The translations under genes and the position numbers were made by a program. Positions 49,623 through 60,102 of a DNA stretch of 64,000 bases are shown here, piece after piece (the stretch's first letter is position 1; each line of letters opens with the position of its first letter). The stretch comes from an uncultured bacterium. GTDB lineage: Bacteria > Cyanobacteriota > Vampirovibrionia > Gastranaerophilales > Gastranaerophilaceae. The notes beneath the pieces were generated by a model. The model was not told the origin of the DNA. It saw nothing but the letters and a program-made list of their open reading frames with translations, and did not search any database. The DNA lies in NCBI GenBank assembly GCA_949284035.1, contig CASDUQ010000045.1:71170-135169 (forward strand), written 5' to 3'.

Positions 49623-50388
49623 CCCCTATATATTTTTTTAACTGTTCAGGGGTACCTACACAATCAAAATGTAATATATCAAAAATTCCAATTTTATCTG
49701 TCATTTTTCTGAGATGATTGTATACAGTCGACATATAAAACTCACCTTTTTGCAAATCATTACAAATAACAAGATCAATTACGGCATTTTTAAACAGTTC
49801 TACATTATTAAAATAGTACATACCGCAAATTGCATGATTGGAAATAACTTCTTTTTCCCTTGTTTCAAGTAAAAATCCGTTTGAATCAATATTTGCATAA
49901 GAAAAACAAGGATTATCCGAATATATAGTCAACAAAGCCGCTGCAAGTTTTCTTGACCTTACATCTAAAATAAAGTTAGAGACATCGTTACAAGCAAAAA
50001 TATTATCAGAATCCGCAAATATAATATCATATTCAGGCCTAATTTTCTGATGAGCAGCCAGAGCAGTAATTGCAGCCCCCATTGTAAGTTTCGGTACAGT
50101 TACAAAATCTAAGGTATACTTATTTTTCAATTCTTCAAGCTGAAGCTTTTGTTCTATAAGAAATTTTTCCTGAAGAACTAAAATTATCTTTGCATTAATA
50201 GTTTTGAAGCTATCAAGAACATGTTCAATCATCATTTTTCCGTTAAATTCAATAAACGGCTTAGGCACATCATACCCCTCGACTGCAAACCTGCTCCCGG
50301 CACCTGCCATAGGAATAACTATATTTATAGGTTCTTTTAACAGTTGATTATCATACAAATTATGATTATTAAATTTCGAAATAGACAT
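49603..50388 (-). CDS. Sugar nucleotidyltransferase-like protein (BcbG/EcbG-like)
   Basis: IPMAGAGSRF..YDVPKPFI, EKEVISNHAICG.YYF, GEFY, GTPEQL. Confidence 0.8.
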   Translation of the reverse strand: MSISKFNNHNLYDNQLLKEPINIVIPMAGAGSRFAVEGYDVPKPFIEFNGKMMIEHVLDSFKTINAKIILVLQEKFLIEQKLQLEELKNKYTLDFVTVPKLTMGAAITALAAHQKIRPEYDIIFADSDNIFACNDVSNFILDVRSRKLAAALLTIYSDNPCFSYANIDSNGFLLETREKEVISNHAICGMYYFNNVELFKNAVIDLVICNDLQKGEFYMSTVYNHLRKMTDKIGIFDILHFDCVGTPEQLKKYIGGECAKI

Positions 50389-50501
50389 AAAATAACCCTT
50401 AAATATTACAGATGATCTAGATAATATACTGATTTACCATTATTCTACCACAAATATTAATTAGAATATCCAATCAAAATATAATATAGCCATGGGTATA
50501 A

Positions 50502-51842
50502 TTATTTAGTTATTGATGGAAACTTTTTATCATCAATTTTATTTAAAATACTATTGTAATATTCAATATCAAGAAGATAAATAGAATAAGGGACTAATCT
50601 TTTATCTTGAAATCTTGAAACTCTTTTACAAAATTTTTCAGGGACATAAGAATACTGTTTAATAATATTCAATTTGTTATTAATTTCATTATATAAATAT
50701 CCGGGAACAAATTGTCTCAAACTACCGTTCTCATTCTGAATTAATAAAATATCAGATTTATTAAATTCGTTAGGGAATTTTAATTTAGTCTGCTGATATT
50801 CCTTCAAACAAAATCTGCATCCGAGTATTGTCAAGACTTTAGTTTTATTTTCAAATAATTTTTCATTTTTAATTGAAAAAACGGTATGAACAGGATCTAA
50901 ATATTTAATAATAAACTTTGTATAAAAATTAGGTAAATCCCTCCAATATTTAAAGTATTTAACCAAATATTTCAAATTTATAAAAAAATTGTGTGAACGT
51001 CTGAAGGTAATATTTTTTATATATTCAGATAACAGAGTTTTACGATACCAATTAAACACATTGTGAGAGTAGCCCAATTTATCTGCGAAACTGTACACCC
51101 ACAAATTATTGAAATAAATTCTCGGGCCATCATCATTATTCAGCCAGCTCTGTACTCCGACACGATTTATAACAATCGGATGCTTATCAGCAAACAAATA
51201 ACAATTCGGCCATTTTTTCGCGATATAGAGAAGAATATAAATATGAATCCAATCTTTTTTATAAAAATTTTCCAAATCAGGAATCCGGTTAAAATACTCT
51301 TTCCTGAAAACAAGATTTGTATTAGGCCAGGCTCTATCTTCAACATCTATTATAAAGTTGTCGGAATAATTGTTATATATTTTATCCTTTACCGTAAATT
51401 TCTCATTTAAAGATTTTCTGGATACAATCAATCCATAATAATCATTTCTCAAATAGTAATTAGATAGAACAAGAACTGATAAGTCCTCGTTATGAATTAA
51501 AACATCATATAATCGTTTTAATCCGCTGGGGGCGTAATAATCATCATCACCAAACAAATGAATAAATTTTCCCTTGGCAATTTCACAGCACTTCATAACG
51601 TTACCGTCATACCCAAGATTGGCTTCATTACGGTTATAACGGATAATTTCAGGGTACTGTTCTTTATATTTTGCCATTATATCAGGTATACTATCTGTGG
51701 AACAGTTGTCTGACACAACAATTTCCACACCCGATAAATTATATTCTTTTATCTGTTTCAAAATAATATCAATATTATTTTGAATATATTTTTCTCCGTT
51801 GTATGTCGGAATACAAATTGATAATAAACAATTATTAGCCAT
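50502..51842 (-). CDS. Glycosyltransferase family 2
   Basis: SICIPTYNG, VSDNCSTD, NLGYDGN, GDDD. Confidence 0.9.
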   Translation of the reverse strand: MANNCLLSICIPTYNGEKYIQNNIDIILKQIKEYNLSGVEIVVSDNCSTDSIPDIMAKYKEQYPEIIRYNRNEANLGYDGNVMKCCEIAKGKFIHLFGDDDYYAPSGLKRLYDVLIHNEDLSVLVLSNYYLRNDYYGLIVSRKSLNEKFTVKDKIYNNYSDNFIIDVEDRAWPNTNLVFRKEYFNRIPDLENFYKKDWIHIYILLYIAKKWPNCYLFADKHPIVINRVGVQSWLNNDDGPRIYFNNLWVYSFADKLGYSHNVFNWYRKTLLSEYIKNITFRRSHNFFINLKYLVKYFKYWRDLPNFYTKFIIKYLDPVHTVFSIKNEKLFENKTKVLTILGCRFCLKEYQQTKLKFPNEFNKSDILLIQNENGSLRQFVPGYLYNEINNKLNIIKQYSYVPEKFCKRVSRFQDKRLVPYSIYLLDIEYYNSILNKIDDKKFPSITK

Positions 51843-51876
51843 ATATCATAACTCTTATTATTTTATTTGACATCTA

Positions 51877-54042
51877 TTAGATATCCTCTAAAGTTTTCAT
51901 AAGATCAACTTCTGTTAATTTTACAGGATTATTAGATAATCTATTTAAATTTACAGACTTTACAACAAAATCCTTATCAATATCTATAAAATTTGTTCTC
52001 TTTAAATTTATATCATCAAATAACTCTACAAAATATTCTTCTGCATTCTTTATACCTAGTAATTCATAAATTTCCTTTACTCTGCTTACGACAAAATCAA
52101 AACCTCGTTTATCGTTACAATTTTGAGTATTAACATATAAATTAAATTGCATCAATTTTGCAATAAATAAAGATACAGCATAACCATGAGGGAAACCATA
52201 TTCTTTTGTCAAAACATATGACATTGCATGTGCTGCAGTAGTTCTAGATATATTTATAGCTTTCCCTGCCAAATTTGAAGCCAGTGCCATATTATTAGCA
52301 GCATTTATATCTTCAGTATTAACAAATTTTGCAAGATTATCTTTACATAACAAAATTGCTTGTTTCGCATATTCTCTACTAACCGGAGTTGATCTTACAG
52401 CCCAATAACTTTCTATAGCATGGCAAAATGCATCCATTGCTGTACAAGCCTTAATATACCGTGGAGAACCATTCAAAAAATTACTATCTACAATTGCATA
52501 TTCAGGTAAAATAGATTTATCATCCAATGAATGTTTTACCCCATCTATATAAATTACTGCAAATTGTGTTGCTTCAGAACCTGTTCCGGCTGTAGTAGGT
52601 ATTGCAATAAGTTTTTGCTTAGACTTTGCATAAACTCTATAAGCCTTTGCAAAATCTATCACACTTCCTCCACCAACTGCCAATATTATATCAAAATTCT
52701 TATCAATAGTGTTTATAGCTCTTTTAATATCAGCCTCTTTAGGATTTGTTTCAAAATCATTATAATAAACTATATTTATATCTGTTAACTCTTTTTCAAT
52801 GATTTGTTTAAATTTTTGATAAGATTTTTTCCCAGTAAAAACAAGAGCACTCTTTATATCTTCAATTTTCAAAATGCTAGATAACTTTTCAATAGCTCCA
52901 CGATAAACAAATTCAATCTGTTCAAGATTTTCCATAAAAATCTTTTTATTTTCTTGCGGTTTTTCCTTTGGTCTACCGAGGTTATCCCTAGCACCACATT
53001 TAACTTTTATTTCCAGAAAAGACATACATTTATTAGAAATAAATTCTGGCAACACTCTGAGAAGCTCGGATTCAGTTGAAACTGTATAAGATTTTTGATA
53101 TCCACAATCTAAAGCAATCTTTGCTAGACTGGATTTATAGACTGCAGTTGGCTGTGAACCAACAGAATCATGAGCTTCATTATTAAATACAATATGTTTA
53201 AAATTTACTAATTCTTTTGTTGCATTTACGGTTAAAGCTCCTTGGTGCATTAAACAAGCCCCATCACCATCAAAACAATATATATTCCTATCTAACTTTT
53301 CTAGAGCTATTCCCAGAGCAATAGAACTTGAATGTCCCATTGAACCAACGGTTAAAAAATCTTGCCTATGAGATTGTCCTAATCGCTCTCTTATTTCATA
53401 AAGTTCTCTGGAAATATGCCCAGTAGTAGAAACTACAATATCATTCAATGACAAACATTTTATTATAGTTTCGATTGCATATTCCCTACTCATTGTATAT
53501 GAACTTATTTTTTTATTCTTTAAAAGATATTTTTCAAACGTTCCTTTTTTAATAATAAATGCATATGAACAATTTGTTTCACGCATATAAACAAAAGCCT
53601 CATTAATCTTTTTTTTAGCTTCTGAAATATCTTCAGGCAAAACACTGTATTTAATTCCCATCGCATCTAGCAACTTATCAGTAACCTTACCCTGTTTTAT
53701 ATGCTGTGGTTCATCTTTTTTCCCAGGCTCTCCTCTCCATCCAATCAACATGAATACAGGGATATTATAGACTTCTTCATCAACTAAAGAAAGAAGTGGA
53801 TTTATACAATTTCCAATTCCAGAATTTTGCATATAAACACAACCAATATTCCCAGTTGCAAGGTAATGTCCAGCCGCAAGAGCAATTGCATTCCCTTCAT
53901 TTGCTGTAATTGTATGATGCTTTTCGTCTACATTATCAGTAACATATGCACAAAAATCTTTTAACAAACTGTCTGGAACCCCACAATAGCATTCCACATC
54001 ATTTTGTTTTAAAATATTAAATAAGTCTGCAACATTTATCAT
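51877..54042 (-). CDS. aepY: Phosphonopyruvate decarboxylase fused to Fe-containing alcohol dehydrogenase (phosphonoacetaldehyde reductase)
   Basis: GVPDSLLK, ANEG, MQNSGIGN, EPQH, VGSMGH, DGDGA; then AVGGGSVID, IPTTAGTGSE, DAFCHAIESYW, TTAAHA. Confidence 0.9.
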   Translation of the reverse strand: MINVADLFNILKQNDVECYCGVPDSLLKDFCAYVTDNVDEKHHTITANEGNAIALAAGHYLATGNIGCVYMQNSGIGNCINPLLSLVDEEVYNIPVFMLIGWRGEPGKKDEPQHIKQGKVTDKLLDAMGIKYSVLPEDISEAKKKINEAFVYMRETNCSYAFIIKKGTFEKYLLKNKKISSYTMSREYAIETIIKCLSLNDIVVSTTGHISRELYEIRERLGQSHRQDFLTVGSMGHSSSIALGIALEKLDRNIYCFDGDGACLMHQGALTVNATKELVNFKHIVFNNEAHDSVGSQPTAVYKSSLAKIALDCGYQKSYTVSTESELLRVLPEFISNKCMSFLEIKVKCGARDNLGRPKEKPQENKKIFMENLEQIEFVYRGAIEKLSSILKIEDIKSALVFTGKKSYQKFKQIIEKELTDINIVYYNDFETNPKEADIKRAINTIDKNFDIILAVGGGSVIDFAKAYRVYAKSKQKLIAIPTTAGTGSEATQFAVIYIDGVKHSLDDKSILPEYAIVDSNFLNGSPRYIKACTAMDAFCHAIESYWAVRSTPVSREYAKQAILLCKDNLAKFVNTEDINAANNMALASNLAGKAINISRTTAAHAMSYVLTKEYGFPHGYAVSLFIAKLMQFNLYVNTQNCNDKRGFDFVVSRVKEIYELLGIKNAEEYFVELFDDINLKRTNFIDIDKDFVVKSVNLNRLSNNPVKLTEVDLMKTLEDI

Positions 54043-55361
54043 TATTTAGCCCCCGGAATTAATGTAATAACTTCTTTGATAGGCATACAATACTCTTCTG
54101 ATGCCTCTTTACATCTATGATTATTAAGAATAGACTTTGCAGTATTAACCATTGCAGGATATGCTGCTCTTAACAAATGATTTGCATAAATTACAATATT
54201 TATACCATTATCTATTAATTCCTGCTCTGTTACCTGATTATATGAGGAAGGCACTACTACAAGAATTTTCCTATTTGGTAATTTATTGTATAACCTTGCA
54301 AATTCTTTAATTTCAGCAAAATCCTTTTTACGAGAATGAATCATTATTCCATCTGCACCAGCGTCCAAATATATTTTTGCTCTATTTATTGCATCATCCA
54401 TTCCCTGCTCTAAAATCAAACTCTCAATGCGTGCAATAATCATAAAATCTTCTGTAACTTGAGCTTGTTTTCCTGTACGTATCTTTTGTGCAAAATCTTC
54501 TGGAGTATCTTGCTGTTGAAATACCTCTGTACCAAATAAAGAATTTTTCTTTAAACCGACTTTATCTTCTATAATAATAGCTGAAACGCCAAGCCTTTCC
54601 AAAGTTTTTACAGTAAAAATAAAATGTTCTTGAGGTCCACCGTTATCACCATCATAAATTATTGGTTTTGTAGTAACTTCAAGAATATCGTTTAAAGTAT
54701 CCATTCTTGATGTTGTATCCAAATATCCTATATCAGGCTTTCCTTTAGCAGCAGATTGAGTTAATGATGAGATCCAAATTCCATCAAACTCTACATTATG
54801 TCCATTTTCTTCTATACTTGTATTTTCAACTATCAAACCAGATAGTCCATTATGAGCTTCACAGATAGTTACTATCTCTTTCGAATCAAGTAATCTTCTT
54901 AATCTATGACATCTAATCTCTGGAGTGGTCCCAACTTCTTTTAACACTTGGTTCAACTTTGTAGAAGAAATTCCTTCAGTATAAGGAATATCAATAACTT
55001 TTCCTCCCCATTTTTGCATTACTTCAATTATTCTCTGTCTTGTTTCTGCCTGAATACCGGATTTCCAATCATCACCGTGAAGTACATAATCCGGTTTTAT
55101 CTTTTCAAGATTCGGAACATAATCCAGTGTTTCTTGAGGAACAACTCGAGTAATACCTTTAACATTTTCAATAATAGTTTTTCTTTGTTCAAATGTCATA
55201 TAAGGTAAACGTTTGTAACTTGCAATAGCTTTATCCGTAAGTAGACCAACTATAAGTTCTCCGCCACCTTCTTTTTCCAAAAGTTTTCTTGCCTCATTTA
55301 TAATATTTAAATGTCCAGGATGTAATAAATCCGCACTCATTCCAATATAAATTTTTACCAT
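54042..55361 (-). CDS. aepX: Phosphoenolpyruvate mutase with N-terminal cytidylyltransferase domain
   Basis: HPGH and HGDDW; [18 protein letters not shown] (EDKxxxxxNS), IARIES. Confidence 0.95.
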   Translation of the reverse strand: MVKIYIGMSADLLHPGHLNIINEARKLLEKEGGGELIVGLLTDKAIASYKRLPYMTFEQRKTIIENVKGITRVVPQETLDYVPNLEKIKPDYVLHGDDWKSGIQAETRQRIIEVMQKWGGKVIDIPYTEGISSTKLNQVLKEVGTTPEIRCHRLRRLLDSKEIVTICEAHNGLSGLIVENTSIEENGHNVEFDGIWISSLTQSAAKGKPDIGYLDTTSRMDTLNDILEVTTKPIIYDGDNGGPQEHFIFTVKTLERLGVSAIIIEDKVGLKKNSLFGTEVFQQQDTPEDFAQKIRTGKQAQVTEDFMIIARIESLILEQGMDDAINRAKIYLDAGADGIMIHSRKKDFAEIKEFARLYNKLPNRKILVVVPSSYNQVTEQELIDNGINIVIYANHLLRAAYPAMVNTAKSILNNHRCKEASEEYCMPIKEVITLIPGAK

Positions 55362-55373
55362 GTTAATAACTCC

Positions 55374-56528
55374 TTATTCTACGATATCTGCTAACAACTC
55401 TTTAGATATTTCTTTATACTCCTCAAAATGTTTAGATTTAACTGTAAGTGGAATCGTTTTGAAATCTCCATAAATCTTTTCTAAACATTTATCAATATTG
55501 TGGGGCGCCCAGAATTTCATTCCCTCAAAATCAATTTGCTTCAATGGAAATATATCAGATTTAAGAAAATATTTACGATATTTATATGCAAAAAAAGTAA
55601 AATTATCTATACCATAATAAATTCTATCAGTTCTTTTATTTATTATAGGATCATTTTTAATTAAATGATCTATAAGCTCTGAAAGTTCTCCAAATGATTT
55701 ATTCCCACGTTTTTTAGAAATTTCATTTATATAATTTTGATAATCTTTTTTCTTAAATTTATTAGGGTAGTTATCCATTGAAAAGATATCAATCACCTTA
55801 AAATCTCTTATCGTACCCTTTATTAGTTTAAAACATATTGGCATTTTAAAACAAAATGTTTTATTTTTATACTTATCAAAATTTTTAATAAGTTCATTCA
55901 TATAATTTGACCAATTCCAATTCGTGCTATCAACAACTGGATATTTTGTAGTAAAATACTCCACTGCCTTTTCATAGTCATCTCTCATTAATACGAAATC
56001 AACATCTTCATCCCAAGGGATAAACCCATTATGATATTTAGCACCCAGAAGTGATCCATAAAATATTATGGCTTTAATTCCTGTTTCTTGTTCTAATTCA
56101 GATAACATTGTATCGCAATATTTTGCACTTTCCAACTGATAGATTCTTAACTTACCAGTTGCTGATTTAATTTTTGTTCTATCAACTTTCTTTATAAATC
56201 TATAATAATTATAGGAATCTTGTACGTAAGTTTTATAACTAACCCCATACTGTTCACTATGCATTTTTATAGTATTATATAAAGTATCATCTTTTATAGA
56301 ACTAGCAGCTAAATAATCAAGCATCTGCATCATTTCTCTATAAACTGTACTTTTAATAGATATTAAAGATTGTTCGTAAATATTTTTATCACTTATAAAA
56401 TCTTCACTTTCTAAATTATGGATAAACTTAAAATTCATATAATTAATTTTAAACTTAAACTTAACACCTAAAATTCTCACAATTTTATGGTTATTATCTT
56501 CATTTATTGAAAAGAGTTTCTCTAACAT
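55374..56528 (-). CDS. LicD-family phosphotransferase
   Basis: YGSLLGA.YHNGFIPWDEDVDF, IDIF, YGDF. Confidence 0.9.
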   Translation of the reverse strand: MLEKLFSINEDNNHKIVRILGVKFKFKINYMNFKFIHNLESEDFISDKNIYEQSLISIKSTVYREMMQMLDYLAASSIKDDTLYNTIKMHSEQYGVSYKTYVQDSYNYYRFIKKVDRTKIKSATGKLRIYQLESAKYCDTMLSELEQETGIKAIIFYGSLLGAKYHNGFIPWDEDVDFVLMRDDYEKAVEYFTTKYPVVDSTNWNWSNYMNELIKNFDKYKNKTFCFKMPICFKLIKGTIRDFKVIDIFSMDNYPNKFKKKDYQNYINEISKKRGNKSFGELSELIDHLIKNDPIINKRTDRIYYGIDNFTFFAYKYRKYFLKSDIFPLKQIDFEGMKFWAPHNIDKCLEKIYGDFKTIPLTVKSKHFEEYKEISKELLADIVE

Positions 56529-56574
56529 TTTTCTTCCTAGCTTTTATTCCAAATCTATTCTATTATTCACAACA

Positions 56575-57552
56575 TTAAAATCTTGCTTGAGGGTAACCCC
56601 TTGCAACTTTCTTTTTATAATGTTTTGCCCTTATAGCAATTATCTTATTTAGTATATTTATACAAAATATATTTCTATATATTAGACTTTCAAATTTTCC
56701 AAAAACATTTCTTCTGACAAGCTCATCTAAAAATTCATACCAAGTTAAATATTTTGATAGAACTGACCAATTGTATAAAAAATATGAAAAATTCCATAAG
56801 AGAGGTTTATATAAAAATCTATGTTTCGTATATATTTTACTTAAGTCTTGTATTATATTCCAAATTTCATTAGGGAATGGTCCAGTTGAGAGCGTATTTG
56901 AATCAGAATTGTTATGTTGTCGCCAACGCATACAAATTCCTTGTATAAAAATAATATCCCCCAAATTATTTAATTCAAACATAAACATATTATCATGAAG
57001 TTTTCCATATCTTTTAGGATTATAAGCGATTTTTTTATATGCAGCTGTATTATAAATAGCATCGGCAAAAACTGTGCGATGAATTAATAATTGTAAAAAC
57101 ACACCATTATTTTTTGAATAATAATGATAATTCTTATACAAAGCATTCCAATTATTATTATCAACATTCCATATTATACTTTTATGCCCTGTACACATAA
57201 CAGCTTGAGGATGAATTTTAAACAAAGTCATTGCAGTATCAATATATTCAGGATGAATTGCATCATCGTCATGAAAAATAGCAGTATACTCATTAGTAGC
57301 CAATTCTTGCGATCTTATAAAATTTCCTGCATTTCCAAGATTTTTTTCATGAGTAATCACCTCAATATCTCTATCCGGATGTTGTTTTTTTATATCTTCT
57401 ATAACATCAAGAGTGTTATCTGTACTACAATTATTCAAAATTTTAATTTTAAAACCTGTAGCAGTCTGAGAACATAAACTCTCTAACATTATTCTTAAAT
57501 ATTTTGCACGATTATATGTCAAAACGAATACATCTAAATTGTTACACTCCAC
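56575..57552 (-). CDS. Glycosyltransferase family 2
   Basis: LTYNRA, NNCSTDNT, NLG..GN, FHDDD. Confidence 0.9.
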   Translation of the reverse strand: MECNNLDVFVLTYNRAKYLRIMLESLCSQTATGFKIKILNNCSTDNTLDVIEDIKKQHPDRDIEVITHEKNLGNAGNFIRSQELATNEYTAIFHDDDAIHPEYIDTAMTLFKIHPQAVMCTGHKSIIWNVDNNNWNALYKNYHYYSKNNGVFLQLLIHRTVFADAIYNTAAYKKIAYNPKRYGKLHDNMFMFELNNLGDIIFIQGICMRWRQHNNSDSNTLSTGPFPNEIWNIIQDLSKIYTKHRFLYKPLLWNFSYFLYNWSVLSKYLTWYEFLDELVRRNVFGKFESLIYRNIFCINILNKIIAIRAKHYKKKVARGYPQARF

Positions 57553-58399
57553 TACTTATCTCCTCTTTTATACTTTCATAAAAATGAAACATTCCGTCTT
57601 TGTAAGATGTAAATTTAAAATCATTTACAAGATTCAATAATTTTGTATTATCTCCTGTATATTCCTTATTCATTCCGGGATTTTTTACTATGATTTCAGA
57701 TTTATAATCAGAAAAATCATTAACTATTTTTGCTAAATCTAAAATTTCTATACTTTCCGTAGGGGTTACGTTTATAAACTTCTCCTTTGTGGGATGATTT
57801 ATAAAATATTCAACAACCTTACAGAAATCATCAATAAACAGAAAATCAAATTTCACATTTTGATTTAAAACTATAGGCTCTTTGGCTATATTTGCATTCA
57901 CTATACAGGATGTAACACGCGATTTATCTTCACCTGAACCATAAATCCCGAATAATCTTAGATTTAAGATATTATCTCTTTCCTCTATCATTTTTGAAAT
58001 TAGATATTTTGAATATCCGTAAGGATCTTTCGGAATACTTTTTCCAAAATCACTTTCCTTAATCTTGCAAAGCGGACGACTCTTGTCATATTCTGCACCT
58101 GATCCGATTGTAATCATTGGACGCTCATTTGATGTTAACTCCGCCAAATTTTCAAACATTTCAATATTAGGCTTTGCTACATCCTCAAGCGTAGCATCCG
58201 GAGTAATTCTAACACCGCAAGAGGCTGAATGAATAATATATTCTATATTATTTACTTCGACATATTTTTTTACAGCATCTTTATTAAGCAAGTTTAACTG
58301 AAAACTTCTTGGCATAAAGAGATTAAATTTTCCTGATAAAGATTTTTTAATATGCGAGCCGATAAATCCACCCGAGCCTGTTAATAATATATTTTTCAC
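57542..58399 (-). CDS. NAD-dependent epimerase/reductase (extended SDR)
   Basis: TGSGGFIG, GSGAEY, YGYSK, LRLFGIYG. Confidence 0.9.
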   Translation of the reverse strand: MKNILLTGSGGFIGSHIKKSLSGKFNLFMPRSFQLNLLNKDAVKKYVEVNNIEYIIHSASCGVRITPDATLEDVAKPNIEMFENLAELTSNERPMITIGSGAEYDKSRPLCKIKESDFGKSIPKDPYGYSKYLISKMIEERDNILNLRLFGIYGSGEDKSRVTSCIVNANIAKEPIVLNQNVKFDFLFIDDFCKVVEYFINHPTKEKFINVTPTESIEILDLAKIVNDFSDYKSEIIVKNPGMNKEYTGDNTKLLNLVNDFKFTSYKDGMFHFYESIKEEISSGV

Positions 58400-59283
58400 T
58401 ATTCCTCTCCAAAATATAATCCGAATTGCTTTTTGATAAACTTTTGGCTGCCAATATAATGTGAGAAAGTGTCAGGAATACCTATTCTTTTGAATTTAAC
58501 ACCTTTCCCGCTTTCTGCAATCACCTCAGCAACGGCACTGCCCAACCCGCCGACAATACTGTGTTCTTCCATAGTATGAATTTCAACACCGTCATTGACC
58601 AGCTTTTCAATTATGTTTTTATCAATCGGTTTAACAGTATGCATACTTATGAAATAAGGATTGCGCCCTTCTGCCTCAAGTTGTTTACAATAACCTGCCG
58701 CGTCAGGAAGCATATTGCTTGTTGCAATTACTGCAATATCTTTTCCCTCTTTTATTACAGAAGCCTTTCCGATTTCGATTTTGTTATTATCAAAAATACC
58801 TCTGTTATGACGTCCAATTCTTATATACATCGGTTTATTGCTATTAACGGATTGACGCACAATCTGCTCAGCCTCATTGTTATCACCAGGACAACAAACT
58901 GTCATATTAGGCAGGCTTCGCATCAAAGATATATCTTCAATAGCATGGTGAGTTGCTCCCGCAGCTCCGTATGTAAACCCAGCACCTATACCGACAAGCT
59001 TCACGTTATTATTCATATAAGCAACATCCAGACGCACCTGCTCAAAGGCTCTTTCAACTAAAAATGGAATTATTGTATACACATAAGGTTTTTTACCTGC
59101 AAGAGCCAATCCGGCAGCAAGAGAAACAGCATTTTGCTCTGCTATACCACAATTTATTGAACGTTCCGGAAACTTCTCAAAAAACGGTTCAAGAACAGAA
59201 AAACCCATATCAGGAGTAATTAATACAATATCCTCATCTTTTTCAGCCAGCTCAATTAGGGTATTTATAAACGTTTTTCTCAT
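58399..59283 (-). CDS. Transketolase-like protein, C-terminal (pyrimidine-binding) subunit
   Basis: GIAEQN, GATHHA.ED, HTVKPID, EEHS..GGLG. Confidence 0.9.
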   Translation of the reverse strand: MRKTFINTLIELAEKDEDIVLITPDMGFSVLEPFFEKFPERSINCGIAEQNAVSLAAGLALAGKKPYVYTIIPFLVERAFEQVRLDVAYMNNNVKLVGIGAGFTYGAAGATHHAIEDISLMRSLPNMTVCCPGDNNEAEQIVRQSVNSNKPMYIRIGRHNRGIFDNNKIEIGKASVIKEGKDIAVIATSNMLPDAAGYCKQLEAEGRNPYFISMHTVKPIDKNIIEKLVNDGVEIHTMEEHSIVGGLGSAVAEVIAESGKGVKFKRIGIPDTFSHYIGSQKFIKKQFGLYFGEE

Positions 59284-60080
59284 TAATATTTCTCCTCAAT
59301 TTCAGCTAAAGCAATTTTCAACTGTTCATCATTAGGTGATTTATAGTGCCACTCAAGCCTATTTTCCATGAATGATACTCCTTTCCCCTTAGTTGTATCT
59401 GCAATAATTGCAACCGGTTTATCGCTTTTATGAGTTAAAGCTTGTTTCAATTCATCAAGATTGTTTCCGTCAATAACCAGAGTGTCAAATCCGAATGCCC
59501 TTACTCTTTCTGCAATGTTTGACTGATCTATAACATCATTGGTAGCTCCAAAACCTTGAAATTTATTATAATCAACAATAAATACAAAATTATTGAGCTT
59601 ATGAGTAGAAGCAAACATTAAAGCTTCCCAAACAGAACCTTCGTTACATTCGCCATCCCCGCAGATTACAAAAACTCTGCCGGAATTTTTGTCCATTTTT
59701 TTTGCGAGAGCAAAACCAGCACCCAAAGATGGGCCATGCCCTAAAGAGCCTGAAGAAACTTCAAAAAACGGAGATTTTTCCTTGTCTATATGACAAGGAA
59801 GAGAACCGCCGTCTATTGAATAATTTTCAATATAATCAAAAGATAACAACCCCTTATGATACAAAACCGAGTAAAGAGCTGCACTTGCATGTCCCTTGCT
59901 CAATATAATAATATCCCTGTCAGGAGAAGTTATATTGTCTTTGTTTATATTTGCAACATCAAAGTATAAAGTATATAATATATCGACAACACTCATGGCA
60001 GCACCGATATGTGATACTTTTGCTTTATGCACCATTTTTACTATTGTTTTTCTTATCTCTTTCAATATTGAATTTTTCAT
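59283..60080 (-). CDS. Transketolase-like protein, N-terminal (TPP-binding) subunit
   Basis: SKGHA, GSLGHG, GDGECNEGSVWE, KGKG. Confidence 0.9.
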   Translation of the reverse strand: MKNSILKEIRKTIVKMVHKAKVSHIGAAMSVVDILYTLYFDVANINKDNITSPDRDIIILSKGHASAALYSVLYHKGLLSFDYIENYSIDGGSLPCHIDKEKSPFFEVSSGSLGHGPSLGAGFALAKKMDKNSGRVFVICGDGECNEGSVWEALMFASTHKLNNFVFIVDYNKFQGFGATNDVIDQSNIAERVRAFGFDTLVIDGNNLDELKQALTHKSDKPVAIIADTTKGKGVSFMENRLEWHYKSPNDEQLKIALAEIEEKY

Positions 60081-60102
60081 TATTTCACACCCATTAAGTC
60101 TC

